Positions 1-8,365 of a DNA stretch of 64,000 bases are shown piece by piece (positions within the stretch are counted from its first letter, which is position 1; each line of letters starts with the position of its first letter). The translations under genes and the position numbers were made by a program. Below the pieces are notes generated by a model. It was not told the origin of the DNA, did no database searches, and saw only the letters and a program-made list of their open reading frames with translations. Source of the stretch: Syntrophaceae bacterium UBA2188 (GTDB lineage Bacteria; Desulfobacterota; BSN033; UBA1163); assembly GCA_002327985.1 (NCBI GenBank), contig DCVM01000126.1, forward strand, positions 2,381 to 66,380. Reading direction: 5' to 3'.

Positions 1-1986
1 GCCTGCCAAATTGCCAAGCTACGATTCTTCATCGCTTTGATCGTAGAGCAGAACATGAATCCGAAGGCTCCAAACTTCGGTGTTCGGCCTCTACCGAATC
101 TTGAGACGAAGATTGTGGCAGCGAACACGCTCCTCCATGCGGATAAACCACAGTTTCAGTTGATTCTTCCGACGGTGGGCCAAATCCGGGAGGAGTTAGA
201 ACAGATCCGCCATGCTTACTTTAATGCGCGTAGTCCTTCAACTAAGGCAAAATGCCGGGAACAGGATTCCAACCTACGCAAGAAACTGGCTGACCTCTTA
301 AGTCGGGATGGTGGGTTGCCTGATGAAACCGCCCACATTCTGGCTGGATGGGACCCCTACGATCAGAATGGGCATGCTGAATTCTTCGATCCGGAATGGA
401 TGTTCGGACTTAAAGCGGGGGTAGTCCAATTTACCCGCGTATCAGGAGGTGTCCCTCAAGAAATCAGCGGATACTTTGATATTATCTTTGGCAATCCACC
501 TTATGTCCGCCAGGAGCAGATCAAGGACCAGAAACCAGTCTTCAAAAACCACTATGACTGCTTTACCGGCACAGCGGACCTTTACGTCTATTTTTATGAA
601 AGATCCATTAAACTGCTCAAACCGGGTGGTGCATTTGCCTTTATTACGTCAAACAAATGGTATCGCGCAGCCTACGGAGAAAAACTCCGGGCCTGGCTGG
701 CCGGAAACACCCGCATTCTTCAACTGATCGATTTCGGCGACGCCTCAGTATTCACGGCGATCTCTTACCCGACGATTGTGATTCTCCAGCGAATCGTCCC
801 CTCAACAGAAGACAAACCGAATGAGATTCGAGCGCTCAACTGGCAACCTGGCCCACCCATCGAGGAATTTGCAGACCTTTTCCGGAAGCAAAACTTCGTC
901 CTTCCCCAGACCAGCTTGAAATCCGACGGCTGGCGTCTTGAGATCAGCGTCAAGCTGAAGCTCCTCGAACGAATTCGCGCCGCTGGCATCCCTCTTGGAG
1001 AATATGTCAAAGGCCGGTTTTATAGGGGGATTCTGACAGGACTAAATGAAGCCTTCGTAGTTGACCGTGCGACCCGAGACCGTCTCATTGCGGAACATCC
1101 TTCATCCGCCGAAATCCTAAAACCTTTCCTCCAAGGTAGGGATGTTAAACGCTGGAGGATAGATTTCAATGATCAATACTTAATTAAAATCGAATCATCC
1201 GAGAACAAACACCACGCCTGGAGCGGGAAAAAACAGTCTGACTCAGAAAACGTTTTCGCTAGTACTTACCCAGCCATTTATGAGCACTTTAAACCTTTAC
1301 GTCGCCAGTTAAAGGAACGTTATGATCAGGGACATTATTATTGGGAATTGCGTTCATGTGAATACTGGGAAGAATTTACCAAAAAGAAGATCATTTATCC
1401 GAACATCTGTCGCAGAAACGAGTTTGCTTGGGACAAAGAGGGGTATTATGCCAATCAGAAAACCTTCATTATTCCAGACCAATCGAAGTCCCTGCTTGCT
1501 GTGATGAATTCCATCGTTTGGGGGTGGCTATTTGAGATGCTACTCGCAAAGCTGCAAAATGGTTTTTTTGAGCCAAGCGCTGTTTTCTTAAAGGACTTCC
1601 CGATTCCAAAAGTAGAACCCTTAGATGGGAAATTTCTTGAATTGCTAAGCGATTATTTGCAGTGCCTTGCCTCTACGCGGCCATCCTCCAAAGGAAATAA
1701 GGACCCAGATTGTAATCAATTGATGTTTGATTACATCGAGCACCTATTGAACGGTTTGGTTTACGAATTGTTTTTCCCGGATGATCTCCACTCCCACAGG
1801 ATCAACCTATTTAAATACGTTGAGGAAGCTCGGCTTCCTGTTTTGGCAGAAATACCCGAGAAACAACGCTTCTCCCGTCTTGAAGAAATATACGGGCGGA
1901 TCTCCAACGACCGCCACCCAATCCGTGGCTGCCTCGAATCCCTGAAGTCATTGGAGGTCGTCCGCATCATCGAAGGCGTAGAATAG
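1..1986 (+). CDS. Type IIG/Eco57I-TaqI-like restriction-modification enzyme, C-terminal part (N6-adenine MTase + TaqI_C-like target recognition domain); 5' partial
   Basis: Frame is open from base 1 (ACQIAKLRFFIALI). MTase motif IV 'FDIIFGNPPY', 'ADLYVYFYE', 'FITSNKW', C-terminal 'YWELRSC..Y..EF...KIIYP'. Confidence 0.85.
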   Translation, partial: ACQIAKLRFFIALIVEQNMNPKAPNFGVRPLPNLETKIVAANTLLHADKPQFQLILPTVGQIREELEQIRHAYFNARSPSTKAKCREQDSNLRKKLADLLSRDGGLPDETAHILAGWDPYDQNGHAEFFDPEWMFGLKAGVVQFTRVSGGVPQEISGYFDIIFGNPPYVRQEQIKDQKPVFKNHYDCFTGTADLYVYFYERSIKLLKPGGAFAFITSNKWYRAAYGEKLRAWLAGNTRILQLIDFGDASVFTAISYPTIVILQRIVPSTEDKPNEIRALNWQPGPPIEEFADLFRKQNFVLPQTSLKSDGWRLEISVKLKLLERIRAAGIPLGEYVKGRFYRGILTGLNEAFVVDRATRDRLIAEHPSSAEILKPFLQGRDVKRWRIDFNDQYLIKIESSENKHHAWSGKKQSDSENVFASTYPAIYEHFKPLRRQLKERYDQGHYYWELRSCEYWEEFTKKKIIYPNICRRNEFAWDKEGYYANQKTFIIPDQSKSLLAVMNSIVWGWLFEMLLAKLQNGFFEPSAVFLKDFPIPKVEPLDGKFLELLSDYLQCLASTRPSSKGNKDPDCNQLMFDYIEHLLNGLVYELFFPDDLHSHRINLFKYVEEARLPVLAEIPEKQRFSRLEEIYGRISNDRHPIRGCLESLKSLEVVRIIEGVE

Positions 1987-1994
1987 GAACAATA

Positions 1995-2531
1995 TTGAGG
2001 GTACTTATGAAAACCAAATTTGTGCAAAGCTTTGAATCAGCGATGAAGAAACTGTTAGATGATATAGGAAGAAACCAGATTCGATTCTACAGAACAAACG
2101 ATTTCCCTGGCGGATTTCCTGGTTTACCTCCGGGCTTACTCAATAAATGCACGGGCGTGACAGTAGCCGTTTCTGCTTGCTCCGCTGATCAAAGAGACTA
2201 CATGCTTATCGCACCCAACCGGGTTGATTGGGCAAGTAAGGGAAAGGGTTATAGTTACGATATGGATCCTTTTATCGGCTATTTTGATAGCAATTCCGGA
2301 GAGCCATGCCGGACTGGTATTTTTTTGTACCATGGTAAGTTCCCGGGCCGATCGGAGCCAGTAAAAGAATCGTTAGAACATTGCAATAATCTCGATGAGG
2401 CCGTGACCACTTTAAAAGAGAAGGTCATGAGTTCCGTTCAGTGTATTGATCAGGTGGATCATAGGATAAAGGAAGCGATGAACTTTATGGCGGATATTTT
2501 TCGCTCAGAAATCGACGGAGAAGAATCCTAA
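1995..2531 (+). CDS. hypothetical protein (start may be ATG 2007)
   Basis: 178-aa ORF directly after the R-M gene on the same strand; no recognisable motif. Confidence 0.55.
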   Translation: MRVLMKTKFVQSFESAMKKLLDDIGRNQIRFYRTNDFPGGFPGLPPGLLNKCTGVTVAVSACSADQRDYMLIAPNRVDWASKGKGYSYDMDPFIGYFDSNSGEPCRTGIFLYHGKFPGRSEPVKESLEHCNNLDEAVTTLKEKVMSSVQCIDQVDHRIKEAMNFMADIFRSEIDGEES

Positions 2532-2556
2532 TTAGGATTGTCTTGAGGAAGTTCCA

Positions 2557-2895
2557 ATGACAAAGCTTCCGGAGATTATACTCACATCAACGTTCGCCGT
2601 GTTTGGGGGTGTCGTTGTATTTGTTCTGGGTCAGGTCGCGGTAAAGTTTTTCATTGAGCCAATCCAGGAAGTTTGGAGGGCAATTGGGGAAATAGCCGAC
2701 TCCCTTATATTTTATGCCGATCTGCATGCTAACCCTGGACCTTTTGCCTGTGAGAAACGAATGGTAGCTTCCGAATCGTTTCGTCGCCAAGCCTCGCAAT
2801 TGAAAGGAAAAACCAGTGTAGTTGCGTGGGATCGATTCTGGGCTTTTTACGTTTTCTACTGGAGAAATCAGGAACAAGACTTGGAGATGTGCTAA
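2557..2895 (+). CDS. small membrane protein, probably 3'-truncated
   Basis: N-terminal TM helix and GAGGA RBS. The last ~20 codons run into the repeat module shared with 5447-5490. Confidence 0.5.
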   Translation: MTKLPEIILTSTFAVFGGVVVFVLGQVAVKFFIEPIQEVWRAIGEIADSLIFYADLHANPGPFACEKRMVASESFRRQASQLKGKTSVVAWDRFWAFYVFYWRNQEQDLEMC

Positions 2896-2925
2896 GATAT
2901 TATCATAGAGATATTATGGTAATGG

Positions 2926-3591
2926 ATGAGGGTAGGGTATTTCATGCGAGTTGATCCGGTCAAGTTGATCCAATTTATTGTCTGCCAGGCCACAGAATTT
3001 GGGGCCTCATTATCTCCAATCAGAGTCGTTAAATTCCTGTATCTTGCCGATCTCTATCACGCGCGGGAAAACAAAGGGAAGACTCTAACTGGGTGGCCAT
3101 GGAAATTTGTGTATTTTGGTCCTTACTGCAGCGAATCGATTACTGCTTTGAACGAGGCGGTCAATGATGGGCTTATCGACGCGAAATCTTTCGAAAGTAA
3201 ATATGACGAGAAGGATCGATTCCTATATTCGTGTCGTTCAGAGAAAGAGCCTGATATCGCCAAAGATTTAAGTCTTTATGTTTGGAGTTCGCTTAAAGAA
3301 GCCATAAAGAAATGGGCGGACGATACTCCAGGGCTTCTTGATCATGTGTATTACGACACCGAACCCATGAAAGATGTAAAGAGAGGAGATTTGCTTGACT
3401 TTTCAAAGGCTCGCCTTCCCATTAAACTGCCGAAGCTTGAGATGAAAAAGATTTCCAAATCCAAAACTGAAAAAGCAAAACATTTGATTTCTGCCTTGCA
3501 GGAGCAATACCGAGCGAGGTCATATCAGCTTTCAGAAGAAAAAGTCCAAATGGTTCGCGACGGAGCCTTTAGAAAATCAATAGGAAGCTAA
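2926..3591 (+). CDS. Panacea (DUF4065/SocA-like) antitoxin, copy 1, C-terminally truncated
   Basis: 'VKFLYLADLYH...G.TLTGW.W....FGPY' Panacea motif. Near-identical to 5518-6249 but ends about 22 aa earlier. Confidence 0.75.
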   Translation: MRVGYFMRVDPVKLIQFIVCQATEFGASLSPIRVVKFLYLADLYHARENKGKTLTGWPWKFVYFGPYCSESITALNEAVNDGLIDAKSFESKYDEKDRFLYSCRSEKEPDIAKDLSLYVWSSLKEAIKKWADDTPGLLDHVYYDTEPMKDVKRGDLLDFSKARLPIKLPKLEMKKISKSKTEKAKHLISALQEQYRARSYQLSEEKVQMVRDGAFRKSIGS

Positions 3592-3600
3592 TGGGGACGT

Positions 3601-3674
3601 TCTTAAGTTATTTAAGAAAACTATTTCTCTGAATCATTCTTGCCAAGGTTCATAGCTGAAAAGCAGAAAGAACG
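3601..3674. repeat. 74-bp direct repeat, copy A
   Basis: tcttaagttatttaagaaaact...catagctgaaaag...gaacg; 70/74 identical to 5032-5105. Confidence 0.9.
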
Positions 3675-3805
3675 TGGTTGTGTGGTACCAATTCGGGTAT
3701 TTTTTCTGCCGAGGAAATCAGGCATTGAGATAGCTTGCAAAGGGCTTATAGGGATATTGAACTTCCTGTTTAAAAGGGACGTTTATTGAGCAGGGAGAGG
3801 GATTC

Positions 3806-5023
3806 GTGGGAGGGAAGACGACAAGCATGTCAGGGAAGAATAAGACGGAATTGTACCAGCGGATCCGGCGGATTCTCGAATCAGCCAGAACCAGTGTGGC
3901 CAGGTCGGTTAACACGACCCAAGTTGTAGCCAACTGGCTGATCGGACGCGAGATCGTTGAAGAGGAACAGAGGGGAAAGAGACGAGCCAGGTATGGGGAG
4001 GAACTACTCAAAGATCTATCTGATCGTCTTACAAAGGACCGCGAAAAAGGATGGTCAGTAAGAAATCTCGAATACTGCCGGAACTTTTATGTTGAATATC
4101 CCCTATTAATTGATATTCAGAAATCGAACGCAGTGCGTTCGATTTTTACAATTCCCCGAACGGTAAATGGCCACATTCCGAACGCACTGCGTTCGGAATC
4201 TAAAAGTGCGCCGTGGGAAGGCCCTGCAAGAGGAAAAGGCGACTCACTGGGTAGCGAATCCTGGCAACCTGGCCACCTCCACCCGAATCTGTCCTGGACT
4301 CACTATCGCACGTTGCTGCGCGTTGAAAAAGCGGAAGCCCGGGCGTTTTACGAAATCGAGGCCCTTCGGAATAACTGGTCAACCCGGGAGCTGGAACGGC
4401 AGATCAATAGTCTCCTGTACGAGCGTCTCGCTTTGAGCAAAGACAAGAAAGGGCTGATGCGGCTGGCCACGAAGGGGCAAGCGATACAACGGCCCGTCGA
4501 TGTCTTTAAGGATCCGGTCGTCATGGAGTTCCTCGGCTTGCCCGAATCGCCAAGGCTCGTGGAATCCGATCTGGAGCAAGCCCTGATCAATAACCTTCAG
4601 GCGTTCCTATTGGAGTTGGGTAAAGGGTTTGCGTTCGTATCCAGGCAAGAACGGATCACGCTTGACGGTGACCACTTCTACATTGATTTGGTATTCTACC
4701 ACACGATCCTCAAATGCTTCGTGCTCATCGATCTCAAGGTCGGCAAACTTACCCACCAGAATTTGGGGCAACTCCAATTGTATGTCAATTACTACGACCG
4801 CGAGCGCCGGACCCGGGGAGATAACCCAACGTTAGGTCTCATTCTGTGCACGGACAAGAACGACGCCGTTGTCCACTACACTCTCGGCCCGGACCAGGCA
4901 AAGAAAATCTTTGCCAGTCGTTATAAGCTGTATCTGCCGACGGAGGCAGAACTTCAGGCAGAACTGCGGCGTGAACTCAGGCAGCTGGTTAGATCTTCGA
5001 GAAACGGGAGGAAATCATATTGA
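3806..5023 (+). CDS. YhcG/DUF1016 family PD-(D/E)XK nuclease-domain protein (likely start ATG 3827)
   Basis: 'ARSVN...NWLIGREIVEEEQ.G..RA.YG', 'LSWTHY', 'KDP...EFLGL', 'FLLELGKGFAFV.RQ', 'IDLVFYH..LKCFVLIDLK', 'GQLQLYVNYYD'. Confidence 0.92.
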   Translation: MGGKTTSMSGKNKTELYQRIRRILESARTSVARSVNTTQVVANWLIGREIVEEEQRGKRRARYGEELLKDLSDRLTKDREKGWSVRNLEYCRNFYVEYPLLIDIQKSNAVRSIFTIPRTVNGHIPNALRSESKSAPWEGPARGKGDSLGSESWQPGHLHPNLSWTHYRTLLRVEKAEARAFYEIEALRNNWSTRELERQINSLLYERLALSKDKKGLMRLATKGQAIQRPVDVFKDPVVMEFLGLPESPRLVESDLEQALINNLQAFLLELGKGFAFVSRQERITLDGDHFYIDLVFYHTILKCFVLIDLKVGKLTHQNLGQLQLYVNYYDRERRTRGDNPTLGLILCTDKNDAVVHYTLGPDQAKKIFASRYKLYLPTEAELQAELRRELRQLVRSSRNGRKSY

Positions 5024-5031
5024 CGGAGGCA

Positions 5032-5105
5032 TCTTAAGTTATTTAAGAAAACTTTTTCTCTGAATCATTCTTGCCAAGCTTCATAGCTGAAAAGAAGGAA
5101 GAACG
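5032..5105. repeat. 74-bp direct repeat, copy B
   Basis: Matches 3601-3674; the two copies bracket the DUF1016 gene. Confidence 0.9.
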
Positions 5106-5224
5106 AATAGGGAGAAATCGGGAGTTGTCTTATTATGCTAAAGGAAACAAAGAATGCGCCCGGCAAAGTGGACGGGTTGTTACAGAGTGATGAAAAAATG
5201 TAATGGGTAAGAACCGATTTCAAA

Positions 5225-5315
5225 TAAAAAAGCAGGTTCTGGGTCTCAGGTTCCCACCCACTTAGGGCTGCCGTCCTCACGGACGACCTGAGTTTAATCC
5301 CACGCACACCTGCCA
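5225..5315 (-). ncRNA. candidate structured small RNA with its own promoter and U-tract end
   Basis: Nested stems GCAGGT/ACCTGC (5232-37/5308-13) and CTCAGGT/ACCTGAG (5245-51/5286-92), a GUGA-tetraloop hairpin, a poly-T 3' end and a promoter at 5321-5349. Confidence 0.65.
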
Positions 5316-5320
5316 TTTCT

Positions 5321-5349
5321 TTTATACGCTTTAGGTTAGGATTTGTCAA
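5321..5349 (-). promoter_or_regulatory. sigma70-type promoter for the candidate sRNA
   Basis: Minus strand reads TTGACA-17 nt-TATAAA. Confidence 0.7.
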
Positions 5350-5517
5350 GATTTTTCTAACAGATTTCTGTACGGTTTCTCGCCAAGGTTCACAATTGAA
5401 AGGAAAAACAAATGGAGTGGCGTGGTGTCGAGTCTATCTTTTTGCATTTTCTACCGGGGAAGTCAAGAACAAGGCTTGCAGATGTGCTAAGATAATATAG
5501 AGATATTATGGTAAAGG

Positions 5518-6249
5518 ATGAGGGTAGGGTATTTCATGCGGGTTGATCCGGTCAAGCTGATCCAATTTATTGTCTGTCAGACGACGGAATTTGAAGCCTC
5601 GTTATCTCCAATCAGAGTCGTTAAATTTCTGTATCTTGCTGATCTTTATCATGCGCGGGAAAACAAAGGGAAGACTCTGACCGGGTGGCCATGGAAATTT
5701 GTGTATTTTGGTCCTTACTGCGGCGAATCGATTACTGCCTTGAACGAGGCGGTCAATGATGGGCTTATCGACGCGAAATCTTTCGAAAGCAAATATGACG
5801 AGAAGGATCGATTCCTATATTCCTGTCGCTCAGAAAAAGAGCCTGACATCGCCAAAGATTTAAGTCTTTATGTTTGGAGTTCGCTTAAAGAAGCCATAAA
5901 GAAATGGGCGGACGATACTCCAGGGCTTCTTGATCATGTGTATTACGACACCGAACCCATGAAAGATGTAAAGAGGGGGGATTTGCTTGACTTTTCAAAG
6001 GCACACCTTCCCATCGAACTGCCGAAGCTCGAGATGAAAAAGATTTCCAAATCCAAAGCTGAAAAAGCAAAACAATTGATTTCTGCCTTGCGGGAGCAAT
6101 ACCACGCGAGTTCATATAAGCTCTCAGAAGAAAAAGTCCAAATGGTTCGCGACGGAGCCTATAGAAAATCTCTGCCGCTTGTGGATGATGAAGACCTTGA
6201 GGAAGGATTGAGTGGGGTTGCGAAAATAGGAAACGTGGAATCTGACTGA
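5518..6249 (+). CDS. Panacea (DUF4065/SocA-like) antitoxin, full-length copy
   Basis: Same Panacea motifs as copy 1, an acidic C-terminal tail, and position directly upstream of a toxin-like gene. Confidence 0.8.
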   Translation: MRVGYFMRVDPVKLIQFIVCQTTEFEASLSPIRVVKFLYLADLYHARENKGKTLTGWPWKFVYFGPYCGESITALNEAVNDGLIDAKSFESKYDEKDRFLYSCRSEKEPDIAKDLSLYVWSSLKEAIKKWADDTPGLLDHVYYDTEPMKDVKRGDLLDFSKAHLPIELPKLEMKKISKSKAEKAKQLISALREQYHASSYKLSEEKVQMVRDGAYRKSLPLVDDEDLEEGLSGVAKIGNVESD

Positions 6250-6262
6250 TAGAGGGATAAGG

Positions 6263-7003
6263 TTGGGCATCGTTCAGCTTATTGATCCCTTTTATGTAAA
6301 GCTTCCTGGTGATACTTTTCGACGGGCCAGCGTCGTCGGGCAGTTTTGCTGGGTTCCGGTGACACATTTAGATCCCATTCCTCGAATCTTGGATGTAGAA
6401 AGAGCTGATCCTCAGGAACACTACGCAACAAAATTCTCCATCCGAAACATGACTGATAGAGACTTCAAAAAGAAGACACGCCTTCCGATAAAAGCCCTGT
6501 CATTGAGAGAGACTGAAGAATTGGTAATCCATCGGGCCAAACGCAGACCCGCAATTATCATTTCAGGTGAAACCACGATCTTCGATGACGTTAAGACTCT
6601 CCTCCTGCAGATTGGGAGAAAACACCTCCAGGGGGATAGCCTGATTGTCGCGCCCCTTTATTCTGTTGAGTCAGCCGATCACGAAGGAGGGTTTCCTCCG
6701 GTCATGGTAGCAAGAATCAGGGCTCTCATGTACAAGCAATTCTTCTTTTGTCCCAAGGGAAACTCCCCATTGGCCACGGATAGCATTATGAGATTGGATA
6801 GGCTTCAGACTGTCATTCCAGATTATCCTGCTTTCACCCCTGAACCATTTTCTCTTAGTGCTGAATCTCTGGGGGTGTTAATGGCAATGCTCCGTTCACT
6901 CTTTGGAGCCAAGGAAGAGGCTGATTTTGAGGCATTGAAAACCCTTGTCTATGAATCCCTTCCCGACGAAGCCAAAGCTAAATCAGGAGAAGCAGGATAT
7001 TGA
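6263..7003 (+). CDS. PemK/MazF-like toxin (extended), putative partner of the Panacea antitoxin
   Basis: 'KRRPAIIIS', 'LIVAPLYS' and 'RLDRLQTV' resemble PemK/MazF fold motifs; starts 13 bp after the Panacea gene. Confidence 0.6.
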   Translation: MGIVQLIDPFYVKLPGDTFRRASVVGQFCWVPVTHLDPIPRILDVERADPQEHYATKFSIRNMTDRDFKKKTRLPIKALSLRETEELVIHRAKRRPAIIISGETTIFDDVKTLLLQIGRKHLQGDSLIVAPLYSVESADHEGGFPPVMVARIRALMYKQFFFCPKGNSPLATDSIMRLDRLQTVIPDYPAFTPEPFSLSAESLGVLMAMLRSLFGAKEEADFEALKTLVYESLPDEAKAKSGEAGY

Positions 7004-7092
7004 CCTATTAAGATGAGGTTAATGGGGGAGGGTAAGCGCTGTCTAAAGAATCCTAATGTCTAACGGGGGCGGGGTCGGGCTTGAGAAATTGA

Positions 7093-7320
7093 GATAGGGT
7101 GTTGAATCTCTCTCTCGTACGTTTGTTAGAAGTTATCGGAGAGGCTGCCAGGGGTATTTCGCTATCCTTCCGTACAGATCATCCTGAGATACCGTGGGGA
7201 AAGATGGTCGGGATGAGAGATAGACTCATCCATGGCTAATTCGATATCAACCTCGATGTGATGTGGGAAACTGTAACCGAAGATCTGCCGCCACTGATTG
7301 ACAATTGGAAGGGATTTTAA
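7093..7320 (+). pseudogene. HepT/DUF86 (HEPN RNase) toxin remnant
   Basis: Translates to DRVLNLSLVRLLEVIGEAARG...HPEIPWGKMVGMRDRLIHG*FDINLDVMWETV. RxxxxH motif, in-frame TAA at 7237-39, 5' end missing. Confidence 0.85.
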
Positions 7321-7350
7321 CCCCGGAGAGTGGTAAACTCTCTTGATAAT

Positions 7351-7507
7351 GAGTTATTAAGGAGTCCATAACAGAAAAAACATATTGTTGTGAAAATTTC
7401 CCCTGACCCCTCTTTTCCAAAGAGGGGGAATTCCTCCCTTTTGTAAAGGGAGGGAAGGAGGGATTTGGTTTTCAATGTCCATACAATTATGGACTGATTA
7501 GTAATTC
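7351..7507. mobile_element. MITE/REPIN-like element
   Basis: Imperfect 21-bp terminal IRs (17/21) around hairpins cccctcttttccaaagagggg and ctcccttttgtaaagggag. Confidence 0.6.
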
Positions 7508-7592
7508 TGGGTAAAAATCTTCCGGCCATAAGTGGGAGCATCCGGGGTCAAGCATCGGCAATTATGTACTGATAAGAAATCTTAGAAATAAT

Positions 7593-7856
7593 TCATGTAC
7601 TTTGCTCACGGATCTTCTCTTGGACCCATAAATTAATCAGTGTATCAGGAGATACACCCCGTTCCTGTGCGATGGATTGGACTTTTTCGGATAGTTTCTT
7701 GTCCAGTGAATAGTAGGTTATCTCAGATTCGATACCCACCTCAAATTTCACTCTTTTGGTTTGATCCCAGAAGTCCGATAAATCATGGGTGCCCCAAAAT
7801 TCTCCAATTTCTTTATATGATTTTGCTTTCGATATGGAACTCTTACCTCTCTTCAT
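7593..7856 (-). CDS. BrnA/CopG-like antitoxin
   Basis: 'EIGEFW.THDL.DFW' and C-terminal RHH-like 'AQERGVS..TLINLWVQEK'; overlaps the toxin gene. Confidence 0.8.
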   Translation of the reverse strand: MKRGKSSISKAKSYKEIGEFWGTHDLSDFWDQTKRVKFEVGIESEITYYSLDKKLSEKVQSIAQERGVSPDTLINLWVQEKIREQST

Positions 7857-8127
7857 ATCCCTTCCTCTCTGCGGGCGTCATATCCCTGGCCGATAAAATA
7901 ATTGCATTCCCGTTTTTTTTATATATAAAAAATAGAATGAGATACCTACCTCCCTTAGTTCTACCCATTACGGCATATACATCTTCACCGGGGCGATGGC
8001 CTTTCTCAATGAACCGAAAATAAGGCCGATTTGCTAAAACCTCATGGACTTCAATCTGACTTACACAATGTTTTCTGGCAAGTTTATCAATAATTTCATC
8101 GAGCCAGATAAGTCCTCTAATTTTCAA
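7843..8127 (-). CDS. BrnT family toxin (TTG start after AGGAG)
   Basis: 'KH.VS..EV.EV', 'GRT..GRYL', 'ILSARDMT..ER..Y'. Confidence 0.85.
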   Translation of the reverse strand: MKIRGLIWLDEIIDKLARKHCVSQIEVHEVLANRPYFRFIEKGHRPGEDVYAVMGRTKGGRYLILFFIYKKNGNAIILSARDMTPAERKGYEER

Positions 8128-8307
8128 CGGGTTTTCTCCTACAGAATATAATACCACACCGTCTTTTTTAGTAAAAGAGGAAAAAATGCAGATCTCGAAT
8201 TTGGCGCTCAGGCCTTGCAAACCTGCATCACATAGCAGAGGGTCTGCCTGTCATTAAGGAGCAGGAAATGGGTGACGGGTTCTGACGATGAAATCTATAG
8301 TATAATC

Positions 8308-8348
8308 AAAAAAAAGCCCGATATTCATGCTGGGTGTCGGGCTTTTTA
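8308..8348. terminator. intrinsic terminator after rplQ (bidirectional)
   Basis: aaaaaaagcccgatattc...gggtgtcgggcttttt hairpin with A/T tracts on both sides. Confidence 0.75.
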
Positions 8349-8365
8349 ATAAACTCAAAAAATTC

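Noticed and set aside
5065-5349. 94-aa minus-strand ORF
   Set aside because: Its TTG start is the -35 box of the sRNA promoter, it crosses a U-tract terminator and a repeat, and it has no protein-like features.
2926-6249. Panacea duplicate as a DGR template/variable repeat pair
   Set aside because: Differences are not adenine-specific and no reverse transcriptase is present in the window.
7052-7092. GTCTAAC after the PemK-like gene as an attC site
   Set aside because: It has an R''-like box only; no matching L boxes or R' GTT at a suitable distance.
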